Source of the DNA: Tilletiaria anomala UBC 951
Taxonomy: Eukaryota
DNA length: 62,843 nt
Reading direction: 5' to 3'
Assembly: GCF_000711695.1 (NCBI RefSeq)
Contig: NW_013547017.1
Coordinates: forward strand, 310,001 to 372,843
Shown here: piece after piece, positions 33,671 through 45,810 of the stretch
How the letters are laid out: each line of letters opens with the position of its first letter
Position numbering within the stretch: the stretch's first letter is position 1
Program-made: the position numbers and the translations under genes
The notes under the pieces: generated by a model
The model's database searches: none
The model's input: only the letters and a program-made list of their open reading frames with translations
Told to the model about the DNA's origin: nothing

Positions 33671-36225
33671 TCACCCTCGCATGAGAGCATTGAGGATGTG
33701 CCGAACACGTAGTGCTCGCAGATCCGAGTACGTCTGACCGACGCCGACAAAAAATATGGGCAGGCCCGTCACCGAAGCGGCTGTCAGGACCGTACCGACT
33801 TTGTCATCGACTGTATTGCATGTGCCACGGATTGAAAACAAACGTTAGCGTCGAGCCAATGAAGCATTTTTCTGCGACTCACTCGTGTCAAACTTGGTCA
33901 GCAGCATGCCGTCCAGTCCTCGCGGGTTGCTGAGCCCGCTAAAATCCTTGAGGCTCTTGTCAAACTTCACCAGCTGATCCACCGCCTCGTTGCCGACGAG
34001 CGCTTCGCCGACAAAGATGATCTTGTCAGGTGAGTTGACCGCGACGAGCTTGGCCAGCGCGCGCATAAGTGGCTCATTGTCCTGCATCCGCCCAGCCGTG
34101 TCGATGAGTACGACGTCGTAGCCTGCGCTCTTGGCGTACGCCAGCGCATCCTTGGCGATACCAGCCGCGTCCTTGCCATAGCCTCGCTCGTAGAGCTCGA
34201 TGCTCGCGCTCTCGCTGACTTTGCGTCCGTCCACTTCAAGCTGGCCCAGATTGCGCACGTGCACGCGCAGCTGCTCCACCGCACCCGATCGGAACGTATC
34301 GCACGCCGCGATGAGAACTTTCAGCCGGTTCTGCAGCAGCCAGAAGCACACTTTTGCCAGGTTTGTCGACTTGCCTACGCCATTGACGCCGACAAAGCAG
34401 ATGCTGTAGGGGTCGGCTTGGAGGGCCATGTTGCTATTTGCGCCGCCCTTTCCTTTGGAAATGGCAGCACCAGCAGCAGCAGCATTCGCGATCGCCGCTT
34501 GCTGTCGCTCGCGCTTCGTTGCAATTTCCAAGAGAATGTCTGTACTGCTCTTAGGCGTGAGAATGCGCGTGATGGAATCTTCCAGTGCTTTTCGCACCTC
34601 GTCCTTGACGCTCGCAAAGCTGCCCAGTTGCCGGCCCACGAGCCCTTTCTCGACGCTGTCGCATAGCCGCGACGCGACATTCGCTGCGACGTTCTTTGCT
34701 TGCAGGTGGCTCTGCATCGCAGATAACGCAGGTCGCAAGTCCTCCTTCGTCAACGCGCGCGAACCGGTTAAACGCGAGAAGAGCGACGAGCCAGAGCTTG
34801 CAGAAGTACCCGACGATGCGCCAGCAGAGACAGCTGAGAAGCGCGAGAGGAAGCCGCCGCCTGGCTTCCTCGACCGCGTGACATCCTCCTCCTCAGCTTC
34901 CTCATCGTTGTCATCTCCTCCATCGTCGACATCAGCTAGCTCGTACGTCCCATCCTGGCCTTTCTTGCCCAAGCTCTTCATGTCGATCCAACCCGTAAGG
35001 TCACCCTCCTCTTCTGGACCAACGCCGCTGCCATTAATCCCTGGATTTGCTGCAGCGCCTGATTTACTGCTGAAATCGAGTGCATCCTCGTCCCCCTCGG
35101 TCATGAGAATGGCTCTTCCCTGTGCATCCCACTTGCGCATCTCCTTTGCCCGCTTTTTGCTGCTACCCGCGGCTGGGCTCTCGACACCACTTCCAGCACC
35201 TGCAGGACTATCTTTGCCACCACCCTTCTTGCCTTTCTTGTTGCCAGGCCCTCCACCACCGCTGGCCGTCCTACGCCCGGCGCCGCCGCTCGACTCGGCC
35301 GCTTTGAGCCGTGCTTTGAGTGCAGCTACATTCTTGGCTATCTCGCTTGCCTCAGTTCCATCTGCTTCTTTTCCAGCCGGTGTAGATGTCCCGCCAGTGG
35401 TTTCACGTCCTGCAGTACTGTTTGCATTGCTGTGCTCGCAAGAAAACAGATTGGCGCCCTGCATGCCCTTTTTCTCGCCAAGAGGTGTGTCGACGCCGAG
35501 TGCGCGTCGATTGGCTTTATCCGCTGCTGAGGCGGTACGTTCGAGCGAGCGAAGAATCAGAAGGAATGTCGCTTCCCATTCTGCCTTGAGCTTGTTGGCA
35601 AAGTTCAAGCGCAGCTGCGGCGCAAGGGCGGGTGCGATGCCGTTTCCGGAGGAAGGATCTTTGGCGAGTGTGGATGACAGGCCGGATGCATCGCCGCGCG
35701 CAACCTGCAGCAGGGCGCGAAGGAAGGACTCGAAAAGCTGGACGAAAGCAGACTTGACTTGGTCGAGTAGATCGTCGATGTACGACAATTGCAAGATACG
35801 CTGATACACGACCTGCGAGTGAGTGCGATCTCATTGTGAGCAACAGCCTGGATGTGGCTAGTTAGGCCGGAAGAGGTGCACTGACAACATAGATCAGCTC
35901 AAGGTCATTCGCAAAGCTCCACCGAATCGTGTAGCCATCTTTTTCGTATTTGCGATCCGCCGTGCGCTCCTCGACAAATGTTTCGCGGATCAGCGAGTCG
36001 ATCGGATTGGATGGTTTGTCCAGGTCGTCTGCCACTGTCGGTGTGAAAGACTTGGACCAGAGGACCACGCCGGCTATGATATGCGCACAGTTGCACGTTG
36101 AAAAAGTAAGCAGGCAGAATCGTTAGTGATTGTATCGCCGACGACATTAGCTGCAGCCCAAGTTGCAGCAGGATATGCATGGCTCGACACTTACTGCGAG
36201 TGAAGATGGTGAAATGATCCAACAT
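33671..36225 (-). CDS. SRP101: Signal recognition particle receptor alpha subunit
   Basis: MLDHFTIFT..GVVLWSKSF longin (SRX) domain; FVGVNGVGKSTNLAK, ACDTFRSGAVEQL, DTAGRMQD, GEALVG and LTKFDT|VDDKVG..GQTYSDL; stop at 33671-33673. Confidence 0.97.
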
Positions 36226-36612
36226 GGCGTCTGTATTTTCGCACGTCCGCTTCCCTTGCCTCTCTTTCTCTCAGCTGGCAGCAATCAGAACATGTTCGTG
36301 TGAACAAGCATCGACGGAGCGAAGATTGAGGATGGATGTGGAGATAAGGTGGAGACTACGGAAGTGCAACTTGTCGATGAGATCGATAGTATCTTCTCCA
36401 TTCCGCCGCATCCGTGGACTCTCATCGCCCCGGGGCTGTTGTTACTGGCGATGGCGGCGGCGATATCATGGGTGGCAGCACGGACAATGCACACTTCTTC
36501 TATTGACTACATCATGTGGGTGTATAAACAGTAGTGCAACTTGCAAGCCCGGATCTCCAGGAAGAAATTTGTAAATGTTTTGAACATCTTGCATGTCGCC
36601 TCACGTGGCTCA

Positions 36613-38776
36613 TCAAAGCACATCCCTTAGGCGCTTGAGCAGTTCATACGCGTTGAGGTTGCGCAAGCCTGCGTCTCTGCTCACTTCTTCTGCTCCATGG
36701 TCAGCCCCTTCAACGTCTCCACCACTTCGGTGTGAAGAGAGTAGCAGATCGGCGTGTTTGGTGGTGGGAGTGGTGCTACCGCGCTGATATAAAGGATGGC
36801 CCAGCACAGTTTGCAAGCGGACTTGCCAAATTGTGAGCTGCCCCTGCCGCTGCTCTTCCTCTACTTCATACTTATCCTCTATATCCGCTTCCAACCCGTC
36901 ATTGAAGGTGGCTTCTCGACGACTCTTTGAAGAAGCATCCCTCCGATGTGTGGGGACAACGTAAGCGCAAAAATCACGATGCTCCTTGACAACGTCCAGT
37001 CGTTTGGGTGTCTGACACACACGTGAAGCATCTGATATATCGCCCAAAGCGCAAGACGGAAGGAACGACCATAGTCCGATTTTGCGTTGACACATGGTGC
37101 ACTGCAGGACTGCACCTTCTGCACCGATCGAGAAACCCCGCAACGAGGGGTAAGCCACGTTGCTGTTGCAGAGCTGCCAGCCGAAGAGGGCAAGCAGCGA
37201 AGCTTGCAGTTGACATGCTTCACTTGCATGTAAAAAGCTGTCGTTCGCACCAGTGGCACTTGCCGCGGCTTCGTCGGTTGTGCGTGTTGCTCGCTTCGTG
37301 CCCACCTCCCGCAGTGCAGCGAACAACGTAGCGCACTGGTATTCCGTTAATGGTGTGGTGCATTGGATAGTCCCGCCGAAAGTTGAAGGTGTTGTTGCGG
37401 AAGATGACTCTTGCAGGACGCCAATAAGCGATGCCGCGGTGTCGTAGACGTCATCGAGGAGCGTCGGACGAACATGGGGCGGGAGCGAGTACAGCGAGGC
37501 TAAAGCGGATAGAAATCCATCGTATCAGCCACATGCAATGTCTCCCACTGTGAGCTTGCAGTTGAAACTACCCACGAGCACTCCACTTGACCCTCCAGGG
37601 ACACCATTCATGGTGGTTCTTCCACAATACCGTCGCCTGGTCGTCTGCGGCCATCGCTTCTTCCTCTGACGAGTCCTTAGACGCTGATACATCACGGTAT
37701 GTCTGCTTCATATCGTTCTTCAGCCAGTCTTCCACGCTCCATATACGGCGACATGTCCCGCAATTTAGCCTCTCTCTACCGCCCGCCGGATCGTCGCGGC
37801 TGTGGTTTGCGGTAAGCACATGCCACCCCAATCTAGCAGCGTTGACGGGTCCAAGCTGCCTCTCGATCCAAGCTTTCCATCTTGCTTCCCGGAAATTTTG
37901 GCCGTTACTTGCGCCTAGTAAATAGTCATAGTCTGAATTAATGATTGGGATCCGAGCTTTCTTGTAAAGCGAATAATTGCTGAGCGTGAAGGTCGCGAGT
38001 CGCGCGAGGAGATGAGGGAGCGAAAGGGGCGAATAGACTTGTTCATCCGGCTTCTTGGCCGACGCTGCTGCATGTTTCGGAGCTACCTTCCGCCGCTTCG
38101 TAGAGCTTTGCGACATGCAAGTATTTGAAGCACTGCCACCGACACTGCTGCCAGCCATATGGCGTTGGAACACTCCTGGATGGATACGCTGCAAGCGAGG
38201 ATGCTGGCGCCCATACTTTTCGAAGAGCACCTGCCGTTCCGCAGCGACTCTTATTGGATCTTGCACTTCTGATACCTTCATGATGCCAAAATTTGCGGCA
38301 GCAGCACCGGCGGTTGTAGATGCGTTGGATGACGCTACCAATGGCTTTGTCACTGACGTGGACGGCGTCGGCGGGGCGAAAGGTTTCAGAACTGCATCGA
38401 TGTTGCGCATGGCCATTGCCGCCGCGACATACGTGAGGTGAGAGTAGGACCCGGAGACATCGCCGTTATCATCCTCGGATGACCGAACGGCTGGGCCATC
38501 GCTGCTGCTAGGCGGCTCTCCGATGCTCGCTGCTTGTACAAATGACGCCGCTCCAGCTGGATAATGCTGCTGCCGTCCCGGACTCGCCTCCATCGTCGTC
38601 GCGTTTGAAGCACCGCAGAATACCATCGCCGGCTCCGCGAAACGGTCATCTATTCCACAGCCCTCTGCATGGCACTGATCCGTGGGAGGTGCACCTGGTC
38701 CCATACACGAGAGGTGTGATTGGGACGGTAGTGATTGTGTGCTGTTAGAGTTGGACTGGTTCCGCTTGGGTGGCAT
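36613..38776 (-). CDS. Rsm1/NIPA (ZC3HC1/Pml39)-like C3HC zinc-finger protein
   Basis: YSPLSLPHLLARLATF, AARLGW, LNCGTC...HHEWCPW; second repeat LALFGW, LQCTMCQRKIGLW...EHRDFCAY. Intron at ~37502-37572. The start codon is uncertain. Confidence 0.85.
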
Positions 38777-38908
38777 GACGAAACATTATTTTTCCTTGGG
38801 GACATTCCACTCCGTGTTCAAAGACCTCTTCTTATCCAATCATCCTCGCAGTCCGCGGAGGATCAAGGGCCAAGGAAGCCAGCTTTAGAAGCGTCAGGCT
38901 GGTGCATC

Positions 38909-40621
38909 ATGATTGGAAGAAGCAACTCTGCGGCCGCCGCGGCGGTGCTGCGCTCGTGGGGCTCAAGCAGCAAGGCGTCGAGAAGGATCCCTTCAGCAAT
39001 AGCCTTCCCCAAGCTCACATCTGCTACTCCATCGCCTGCTTCCAGCACCGCTCGCAGGCTCAACTCGTCGTCCTCGACCCAGCAGGCGAATTTAGGAAAG
39101 GGTCAAGCAGATCCAGCGCTGCTGTCGCAGCAGGCAGCCGAGCATGTAGGCCGACAGGCAGCGGACGAGCTTGACCAATTCACTTCGCAGCCTTTCTCCG
39201 CTGATGACAAGGCACTACGGCTCGGAGCCACGCAAGGCGCAAGAGGAGGTAACAGGAGCAGCTCATCCAGCTCGAAACCTTACAGGCAAGCAGGTAGCTC
39301 CATCTCGTCTCGGCTTCGCAGCATAATCTCAGGATCGAATAAGGGTGCTCCTTCGAATGGCAGAGGCGCATCCTCGGGCAGAGGGGCAAACGTACTCGGC
39401 GCTACATCACACAGCCAGCGTAGCAGGCCCAGCCTTTCAAGCGCAAATCGTAGCCGACCAGTTTCGGGTACAAACGATGATTCCGTTGCGAGTATTTGCG
39501 CAGGTGCAGACACGGGGTTTGCGGATGCGTTGATCCCACCGCTCGATCGAGCGTTCCTTGGCGCCGACGAGACCGACGCCGTCGTGGTTGAAGGGACCAA
39601 GCCGTACAGGCGCGCGCGGCAGGAGGGAAAAGGCGCACAGCGAACTTATGCAATGGGAGCAAAGCAAGGCAAGCGCGCGCCACCCATTCCGGAAAAGACA
39701 CAGATGCTGCTTCAAGACGAGGAAGTAAAATCAGCAAAGCGCAAGAAAAAGGAACAGGGAAAAGAGGGACTGTCTTTGCGCGCAGAGGACTCTGACGATG
39801 CTTTAGAGGCAGCGGAAGGTGTGCGCGAGGATGTGGAGGAAGGCGAAACACTGCCGTTGCCTCCCGCTGCATCCGCGCGACGCTCTGTTCCCTCATCCAC
39901 TGGCAGACGCCTCATTAGGGACCGCGCCTACGTCTATAACCCTCATATTGCGAGCTCCAACGCGATTCTTCCGCAGCTCAGAACAGATTGGCATGACCCG
40001 CTCACACAGGCACCCGCCTCCACATTTTCACCCCTCAACGGCCATGGCCACATTTTCGGTCGGCCTCCGGTCTTGCCGCGCTTCCCGGGCATGGGCTCCA
40101 CCCTCCAAGGCGACCGTAACTTTTCTGGGACCGGGTCCACTAAGTCGCTCCTACAGCCTATCGTTGTGCCTGGGCATCTGAGGCACAAGCAAGCTATGCA
40201 TCTCCTCAAGGTTGTACTCACCTCTTCCACGTCATCCGGGGAAACGCAGTCGCATGTCGGCCGCATCGGATGGGAAAGCCAGCTCGCGTCGCCGTCTGCC
40301 GGCGCGACTGCTGCAGATGCGACGTCGACTGCACCTGCTTTGACCGCCGCCAAGGGCGCAGGGCACGACAACAACAACAAGCTTGTGAAGCGCATCAGGT
40401 CGGAACGCAAGCGCGCCATCGCCGAGAATGTCGGTGGAGACTACTCGCGCTACGTTGTGAAGCCCTGCGATTCCACTTCTTTGGAGGGTGCCTCAGGACG
40501 CCAGAGGCAGGCAGTCACAACTGCAGTGATAGCGATCGACCTCAATGATTCTCTCGCAATTGACGCAAAACAGTTCCTCCGCGATGGCATCGCGGAGAAG
40601 CTGAAAGAGATGAGAGCGTGA
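38909..40621 (+). CDS. Hypothetical protein, probably mitochondria-targeted
   Basis: 570-aa ORF with a Ser/Arg/Ala-rich, acid-free N-terminus (MIGRSNSAAAAAVLRSWGSSSKASRR...RRLNSSSST). No recognisable domain. Confidence 0.7.
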   Translation: MIGRSNSAAAAAVLRSWGSSSKASRRIPSAIAFPKLTSATPSPASSTARRLNSSSSTQQANLGKGQADPALLSQQAAEHVGRQAADELDQFTSQPFSADDKALRLGATQGARGGNRSSSSSSKPYRQAGSSISSRLRSIISGSNKGAPSNGRGASSGRGANVLGATSHSQRSRPSLSSANRSRPVSGTNDDSVASICAGADTGFADALIPPLDRAFLGADETDAVVVEGTKPYRRARQEGKGAQRTYAMGAKQGKRAPPIPEKTQMLLQDEEVKSAKRKKKEQGKEGLSLRAEDSDDALEAAEGVREDVEEGETLPLPPAASARRSVPSSTGRRLIRDRAYVYNPHIASSNAILPQLRTDWHDPLTQAPASTFSPLNGHGHIFGRPPVLPRFPGMGSTLQGDRNFSGTGSTKSLLQPIVVPGHLRHKQAMHLLKVVLTSSTSSGETQSHVGRIGWESQLASPSAGATAADATSTAPALTAAKGAGHDNNNKLVKRIRSERKRAIAENVGGDYSRYVVKPCDSTSLEGASGRQRQAVTTAVIAIDLNDSLAIDAKQFLRDGIAEKLKEMRA

Positions 40622-40738
40622 TGCAAAACGGCTCTGGCGCATATTGATGAGGCGTGCTTCATGTATGGTGTCCGTCGCTGATATTAATAGCAAACAAGTA
40701 CGCAAGACGGGTTTTTAGTGCAAAAGTACATCGTTTTC

Positions 40739-43681
40739 TTATGTAGCGATCTCCCGCATTTTCGACTGCTGCTGTGTTGAGTCGACTGCCTTCACGCTCG
40801 TGATGCTGCGAACCAGCTCCCACTCGTGCTGCTTGAGATCAAGCTGATAGCACTCGAACGTCGTCAAGATGCCATTCACTGCATCTCTCAGCGCTAGAAG
40901 ACTCGGTTCGACGCTCGCTTGCCACTGCGCCACCAACCGCCCTTCTTCAGTCTCTTCGCTTGGCGTATTCGATGGGTTAGAGCCATCAGCATCGCGAGCC
41001 TGATCTTTCTTTCGAGCGTCTTGCAGGATCACATGCCACCAATCCTCTATCGCCTTGAGCGTCTCGGCGCAGCTGACAACGATGGCAGGTAAGTCTTTCT
41101 GCACAGTCCCGTACTCATCCTCGTGTAAGCTCGCCGTCGCCAGGCTCGTCAGCGCCACGGTGGCCCAGATGAACAGCGCATCGTCTCCACCTCCACCGCC
41201 GGCTCCTGTGAATACTTCATTGCGCACCAGGAGCGCAGGCGATGGCTCAAATGCCCAGCTCGCAAAGGCAGATAGCGAGCGCAGGACAGGCGTGGATGCG
41301 AGCCGCTTGCGCTGTGCGGGCGGCAACGCAGACCAGAAGCTGACCGACACCTTGTGCAAACCACGCGCGACGGTGCTAGCGTCGATCCGCTGGACAGGCG
41401 ACACAATTTGCGCTTTGGCACTAACTTTCGCAGAGCCTTGAGCGACAGCCGAGGCAGCCTGGCCTGTGAGGGACCCTCCAGCGGGTGCAAGCTTGTGCGA
41501 CACATCATCATCATCAGCAGCAGTAATACTTCTGCTGGAATATGATGTAGAGAGGGTGGCTTTGGGTGTGCTCGGCCCTGAAGAAGCACCTTGTTGCGCA
41601 TCTGCTGCCAGACGATCCCACACTGTGAGATGCGGTTGCTGAATGATATTGGTGTCAGAGCTCTTGAGCATGCTCTTCATCTGTGGACTCGAAGTGGTCA
41701 CCGCCCTGCCCTGAGACGAGGTGTCGGCCTTTGCTCCGCTCTGTGGCGCAGATGGCGGTGTTGAAGGGGTGCCCCTGCTCGCTGCCCACGCCTTTTGCCT
41801 CTCCAATACCTGGAGACATTGCCCAACAACCACATTCCACGCGTTGCCGCTGTTGGAGCCGGCCAAGTACGCCGCTCTGCGAGGTGTACCAATGGGTGAG
41901 GCTAACGCGCTGGTGCTGCCACTAGTAGCGACGCCCATGTTGCTCAGTGTACTGGTCGGTGTCGCAGCGGAAAACAATGGTCTTGCCGCGAGCGGCCGCG
42001 TACCCATTGCACTAAGATCGCGGAAGATGGCTTTGCGCCGCACTGCGTCGGAGCGTGCGAGCATGCTCAGCTCCGCAAACGCGAAGTGTGCATAGTATCC
42101 GCACCCTTGCGACGGTGATGATGAGGTTCCGAGTAAGCTCTGCACCAGACATTTGGTGGGGTCTTTGGAAAATTGTGAGAGCGCTGCCGGATGCGTCGCA
42201 TAGACCTGCCACAAGCCCTGCGCGACGGCCCATGTCAGCGCTATAGCGAGATGCAGCGCTAGCACTGATATGATGAAAGTTGGTGTGAAAAAGACGTGTC
42301 GGAAGGAGGGAATGAGCAGAACGCGCAGTGGCGAGCGTAAGCCGATGGCGTGAAGCACGGCGTTGTACAGCGACCGACGGAACAGGCCGTACAGCAGCAG
42401 CTGCGCCGCGCTCGTCAAGAGCGACTTGACCACCGCGGTCTGCACAAGGCGACGAGAGCCGACGAGCGTTTCGCAAAGCCTGGCCGAGATGGAGGTGTCG
42501 ACCGAGTCTGCGTCAAAACTTGGCATGGAAAGCGTCCACCATCCGCCTTTTTTGGCGCTTCCGCCTTGACGCCTTGCAGCTGCAAGAGGCTCCAGGAGGC
42601 TATCCAGCAGACTATACAGTCCTCCGAAGAAGAAAGTAGATACGAGCAGGTAGAAGACATGCTCATTTGGGCGGAACTGGCCAGGTCGTTTGGGGACCTC
42701 AAGCCTGGCATCCCAGGGTGAAAAATTGGCAGAAACAGGCATGTACAGTAAAAGGCAGAGCCAAATGCTGAGAGCAAAGACTGAAGCGCAGAGCGACGCC
42801 AAGAGCACAGAGGCCAACGTCCTGCCGGAAATAAGGACGTTGACCGCATATGACGCCGGAGAAGCTTTGGCTAGCCCCAGTGAGTCTTTGGTTGAAGCGG
42901 CCGTCTCCGTTTGCTCGCCGCGGTTGACACTCCACTTGGCTGCGACGAGAAGAGGCAGTACGCCGAGTGACCAGATGGCAGCTGTGGTGAAAAGATTACT
43001 TGGAGCGAGCAGCCCAGCGCCTTCGCTTCCATCGCTGTGATAACCAAAGAAAAAGAAGCGCAGTGGCGATAAGAGAGGTGCGAAGGGTGAGGAGGACAGG
43101 CTTGCGAGGAGGTATGTCAGCAGCACATGTGTCGAGAGCAGCGAGAGGGCGTAGATCCGTTTTAGCCGATTGGCCATGAGGATCTGCAAGAGTGAGGTAG
43201 TACAGCCAGTCAGCCTCATCTGAGCACACAGCCAATTAGCCAATCCTGAAGGACGCCAACGCACTTTGACCAGCGCACTGTGGGTTCGATTTCCATCTCC
43301 TACATTCCTTGGGCTTGCATTGAGAAAGCCTGATCCTGAACTTGCCGTGGCAACGGTGCCTGTAGCTGCCACCACATTTGCTGTGAAAGAGGCTGTATGT
43401 CGGACAGCAGACCCAGTAGTGGAAGCCGTGCCCTCCCTCTTGGACGACGCGGTGAAAACGCTGGCGGCTGCACCGTTGCTCGCGCCGATTGTCGTGCCGC
43501 TCGTTGCCAGGGGCGAATTGCCGTGCGTGAATGAAGAAGAGCCGAGGCTGCTGCGCCCTTTGAAGCCGGTTCTGCGAATGACGCCTTGTTGGGCAGCAGC
43601 GGCGCCAGCGGCCGGTGTAGTGGGGGTCGAATGTACCGAGAGGGAGGCGGCGGGCCGAAAGGGCGAATTGCTCATCGCCAT
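40739..43681 (-). CDS. NDC1: Transmembrane nucleoporin Ndc1
   Basis: About 6 TM segments, then AFAELSMLARSDAVRRKAIF.D, NAWNVVVGQCL, and WATVALTSLATASLHEDEYGTVQKDLPAIV. Probable in-frame intron at ~43184-43264. Confidence 0.9.
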   Translation of the reverse strand: MAMSNSPFRPAASLSVHSTPTTPAAGAAAAQQGVIRRTGFKGRSSLGSSSFTHGNSPLATSGTTIGASNGAAASVFTASSKREGTASTTGSAVRHTASFTANVVAATGTVATASSGSGFLNASPRNVGDGNRTHSALVKVRWRPSGLANWLCAQMRLTGCTTSLLQILMANRLKRIYALSLLSTHVLLTYLLASLSSSPFAPLLSPLRFFFFGYHSDGSEGAGLLAPSNLFTTAAIWSLGVLPLLVAAKWSVNRGEQTETAASTKDSLGLAKASPASYAVNVLISGRTLASVLLASLCASVFALSIWLCLLLYMPVSANFSPWDARLEVPKRPGQFRPNEHVFYLLVSTFFFGGLYSLLDSLLEPLAAARRQGGSAKKGGWWTLSMPSFDADSVDTSISARLCETLVGSRRLVQTAVVKSLLTSAAQLLLYGLFRRSLYNAVLHAIGLRSPLRVLLIPSFRHVFFTPTFIISVLALHLAIALTWAVAQGLWQVYATHPAALSQFSKDPTKCLVQSLLGTSSSPSQGCGYYAHFAFAELSMLARSDAVRRKAIFRDLSAMGTRPLAARPLFSAATPTSTLSNMGVATSGSTSALASPIGTPRRAAYLAGSNSGNAWNVVVGQCLQVLERQKAWAASRGTPSTPPSAPQSGAKADTSSQGRAVTTSSPQMKSMLKSSDTNIIQQPHLTVWDRLAADAQQGASSGPSTPKATLSTSYSSRSITAADDDDVSHKLAPAGGSLTGQAASAVAQGSAKVSAKAQIVSPVQRIDASTVARGLHKVSVSFWSALPPAQRKRLASTPVLRSLSAFASWAFEPSPALLVRNEVFTGAGGGGGDDALFIWATVALTSLATASLHEDEYGTVQKDLPAIVVSCAETLKAIEDWWHVILQDARKKDQARDADGSNPSNTPSEETEEGRLVAQWQASVEPSLLALRDAVNGILTTFECYQLDLKQHEWELVRSITSVKAVDSTQQQSKMREIAT

Positions 43682-44233
43682 GCTCTTTCGTTCTCTCCTT
43701 TCCCCCTCTCCCCTGTCGTTTGCTAGACAGATTCTGCACGTGGCCAGCAGGGTGTACAAGACGATAGCTGGTCTGCGTCGGCCCCGTCCGATGATTGGGT
43801 GATGGAAGCAAAAACGATGGGAGGAGGATGTTGGAATTGAGGGTGTTGGTTGCTTCTCGGCAGTTGGAACGATGAAGACTGCTGCAATGCCTCGCGAAGA
43901 GAAACTCGCACGTGTCGACAACGATGTGCCTCTCAAAGAGAGGCTCTCTCTTCTCTTCCATCTCCTCCCACCTTACCTCGTCCTCCCGCCGTCATCGCAT
44001 CGCCCAGGCAGCTGTCTCGCCCCAGCGCAGAGGGTGTCAGCGCTGTCAAGTCCTTTTCCCTGTCGAGCGATCGATTCCGAGGAAATAGCACTGCCACCGC
44101 CGCTGAGAGTGAGCGCTGAGCGTAGCTATCACCTGTTTACTGTCTGACGAGCGAACGAGCTATTCGCAAAAGCCGGATCTGCTGGCCAGTAGGACCTGAC
44201 GGAAACGCCAGGAGCAAATTATCTTTAGAAAAG

Positions 44234-45810
44234 AGTAAGTGTTTGCATGCGCCTCTATAGCATGCGATCAACAATGTGCGTATGTCTCAGTGCTCCCCTC
44301 CCCCTCCCCCTCTGCAGTGGACGACCTGTCGACTGGATCCTCTGACTATGTTGCCAACAACTGGATCACATGGTACCTCGCCCTCAAAGGCAACGAGTAC
44401 TTTTGCGAAGTCGACGAAGACTACATCTTGGATCGCTTCAACCTGACCGGCCTCAACGCCGAGGTCCAAAACTACCCGCAAGCGTTGGATCTCATAACCG
44501 ATGCACCAGGTCTGTTTGCATGAACAAGTATTTACTCAATGACTGTTGGGGGCGTGTGACTCACTCCTCCCCTTCTTACCGGCTTTGACTCCCTTTTGAT
44601 CTACACGCTTGTAGATGAAGCATACGAGGACGCAAGAGAGCATATTGAAGCACAGGGGCGGCTTCTCTATGGGCTCGTGCATGCGCGGTACATTCTAACC
44701 ACCCGCGGCCTGGCCAAGATGGTGAGCATATAGCGCCATCGCTTTCATCTCTTTCCGTCTCTGACCCTTTGCATATACATCACTATCTGCCACCGCAGGT
44801 GGAAAAGTACAAGCGAGCGGATTTCGGGCGTTGCCCACGCGTTCTCTGCTATGGACAACAGCTGTTGCCAGTCGGTTTATCTGACCTTCCATTTCAAAAA
44901 GCTGTCAAGCTGTTCTGTCCGCGTTGCGAAGACATTTACAGTCCCAAGAGCAGCCGGCACGGGACAATCGATGGGGCTTTCTTCGGTAGCACATTCCCGC
45001 ACATGCTGGTGAGCGTCGCAATTGGAGGGCCATTCCGCGCGGAGAACATTTGGCTGATCCTGGACAACACAATTGCAGTTCATGGTATACCCCCATCTGC
45101 TACCCTCCAAGCAACCCGGCGCACCCTCTCCTTTTGTCCTCGGCTCATCCTCTGCACAAGCAGCAGCTGCTGCTGCACGCGGTGGGGACTCGATGGATAC
45201 ATGGGGAACAGGCGATGCCTCTATGGCTGGCGGCAACGAGCGTGAGCCAGGCAATAGCGTTGGTGCGCTTTCGGCCACAGGCCCGCAAGGAAATACAGCA
45301 GGGGCCGGCAGCGCAAGTGCGACAAGCAGCAGCGGTGGTGGGTCGACCGTCTCAGCGGCATCCAAAGTTGAGCGCTACCGGCCGCGGATTTTTGGCTTCC
45401 CTGTCCACGAGGCGAGCGTCCTGCAAAAGTGGCAGGAGAAGCAGCGGGATCGGCAGATTGAAAACCTCGAGCGCGTCGAGCGCGAAGCGCTCGCAGCCGC
45501 GGCGGCTGCACACGGAGGCGCAGGCACTCGAGGTGGCAGCGGTGTGCACAGCCATGCAAGTGCCGTGATGGGCGTTAACAACGCAAGGCGTGCGGCCGCA
45601 CAGGCTACCGCGGCAGCTGCTCAGGCGGCTGCGACTGCCACAGGCTTCACCCCGACGGGCAAGAGTGTCAGTGCTGGCACTGGTGGGGTAGGTGCCCAGC
45701 AGCAAACTCCGACGATATCCCCAAATCCGGCAGCAGCAACAGCACCGGCATCGGCATCGGCGTTAGCATCACCAGCAGCAATCGACAGCACTGCGAGCCC
45801 GAAAGCGTAG
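44234..45810 (+). CDS. CKB2: Casein kinase II regulatory beta subunit
   Basis: The start codon is split A(44234)|TG(44318). [96 protein letters not shown]. Confidence 0.95.

Noticed and set aside
34428..35804. 458-aa plus-strand ORF
   Set aside because: Codon-register antisense mirror of SRP101; low complexity, no domain.
36349..36534. 61-aa ORF with a hydrophobic stretch between SRP101 and the Rsm1-like gene
   Set aside because: GTG start, no recognisable family, and it lies in the SRP101 promoter and the neighbouring gene's 3' region.
43682..43961. Upstream extensions of the NDC1 ORF and an overlapping 241-aa ORF
   Set aside because: They start at non-ATG or UTR-like sequence within the NDC1/CK2-beta divergent promoter. 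MAMSNSPF at 43681 is the more plausible start.
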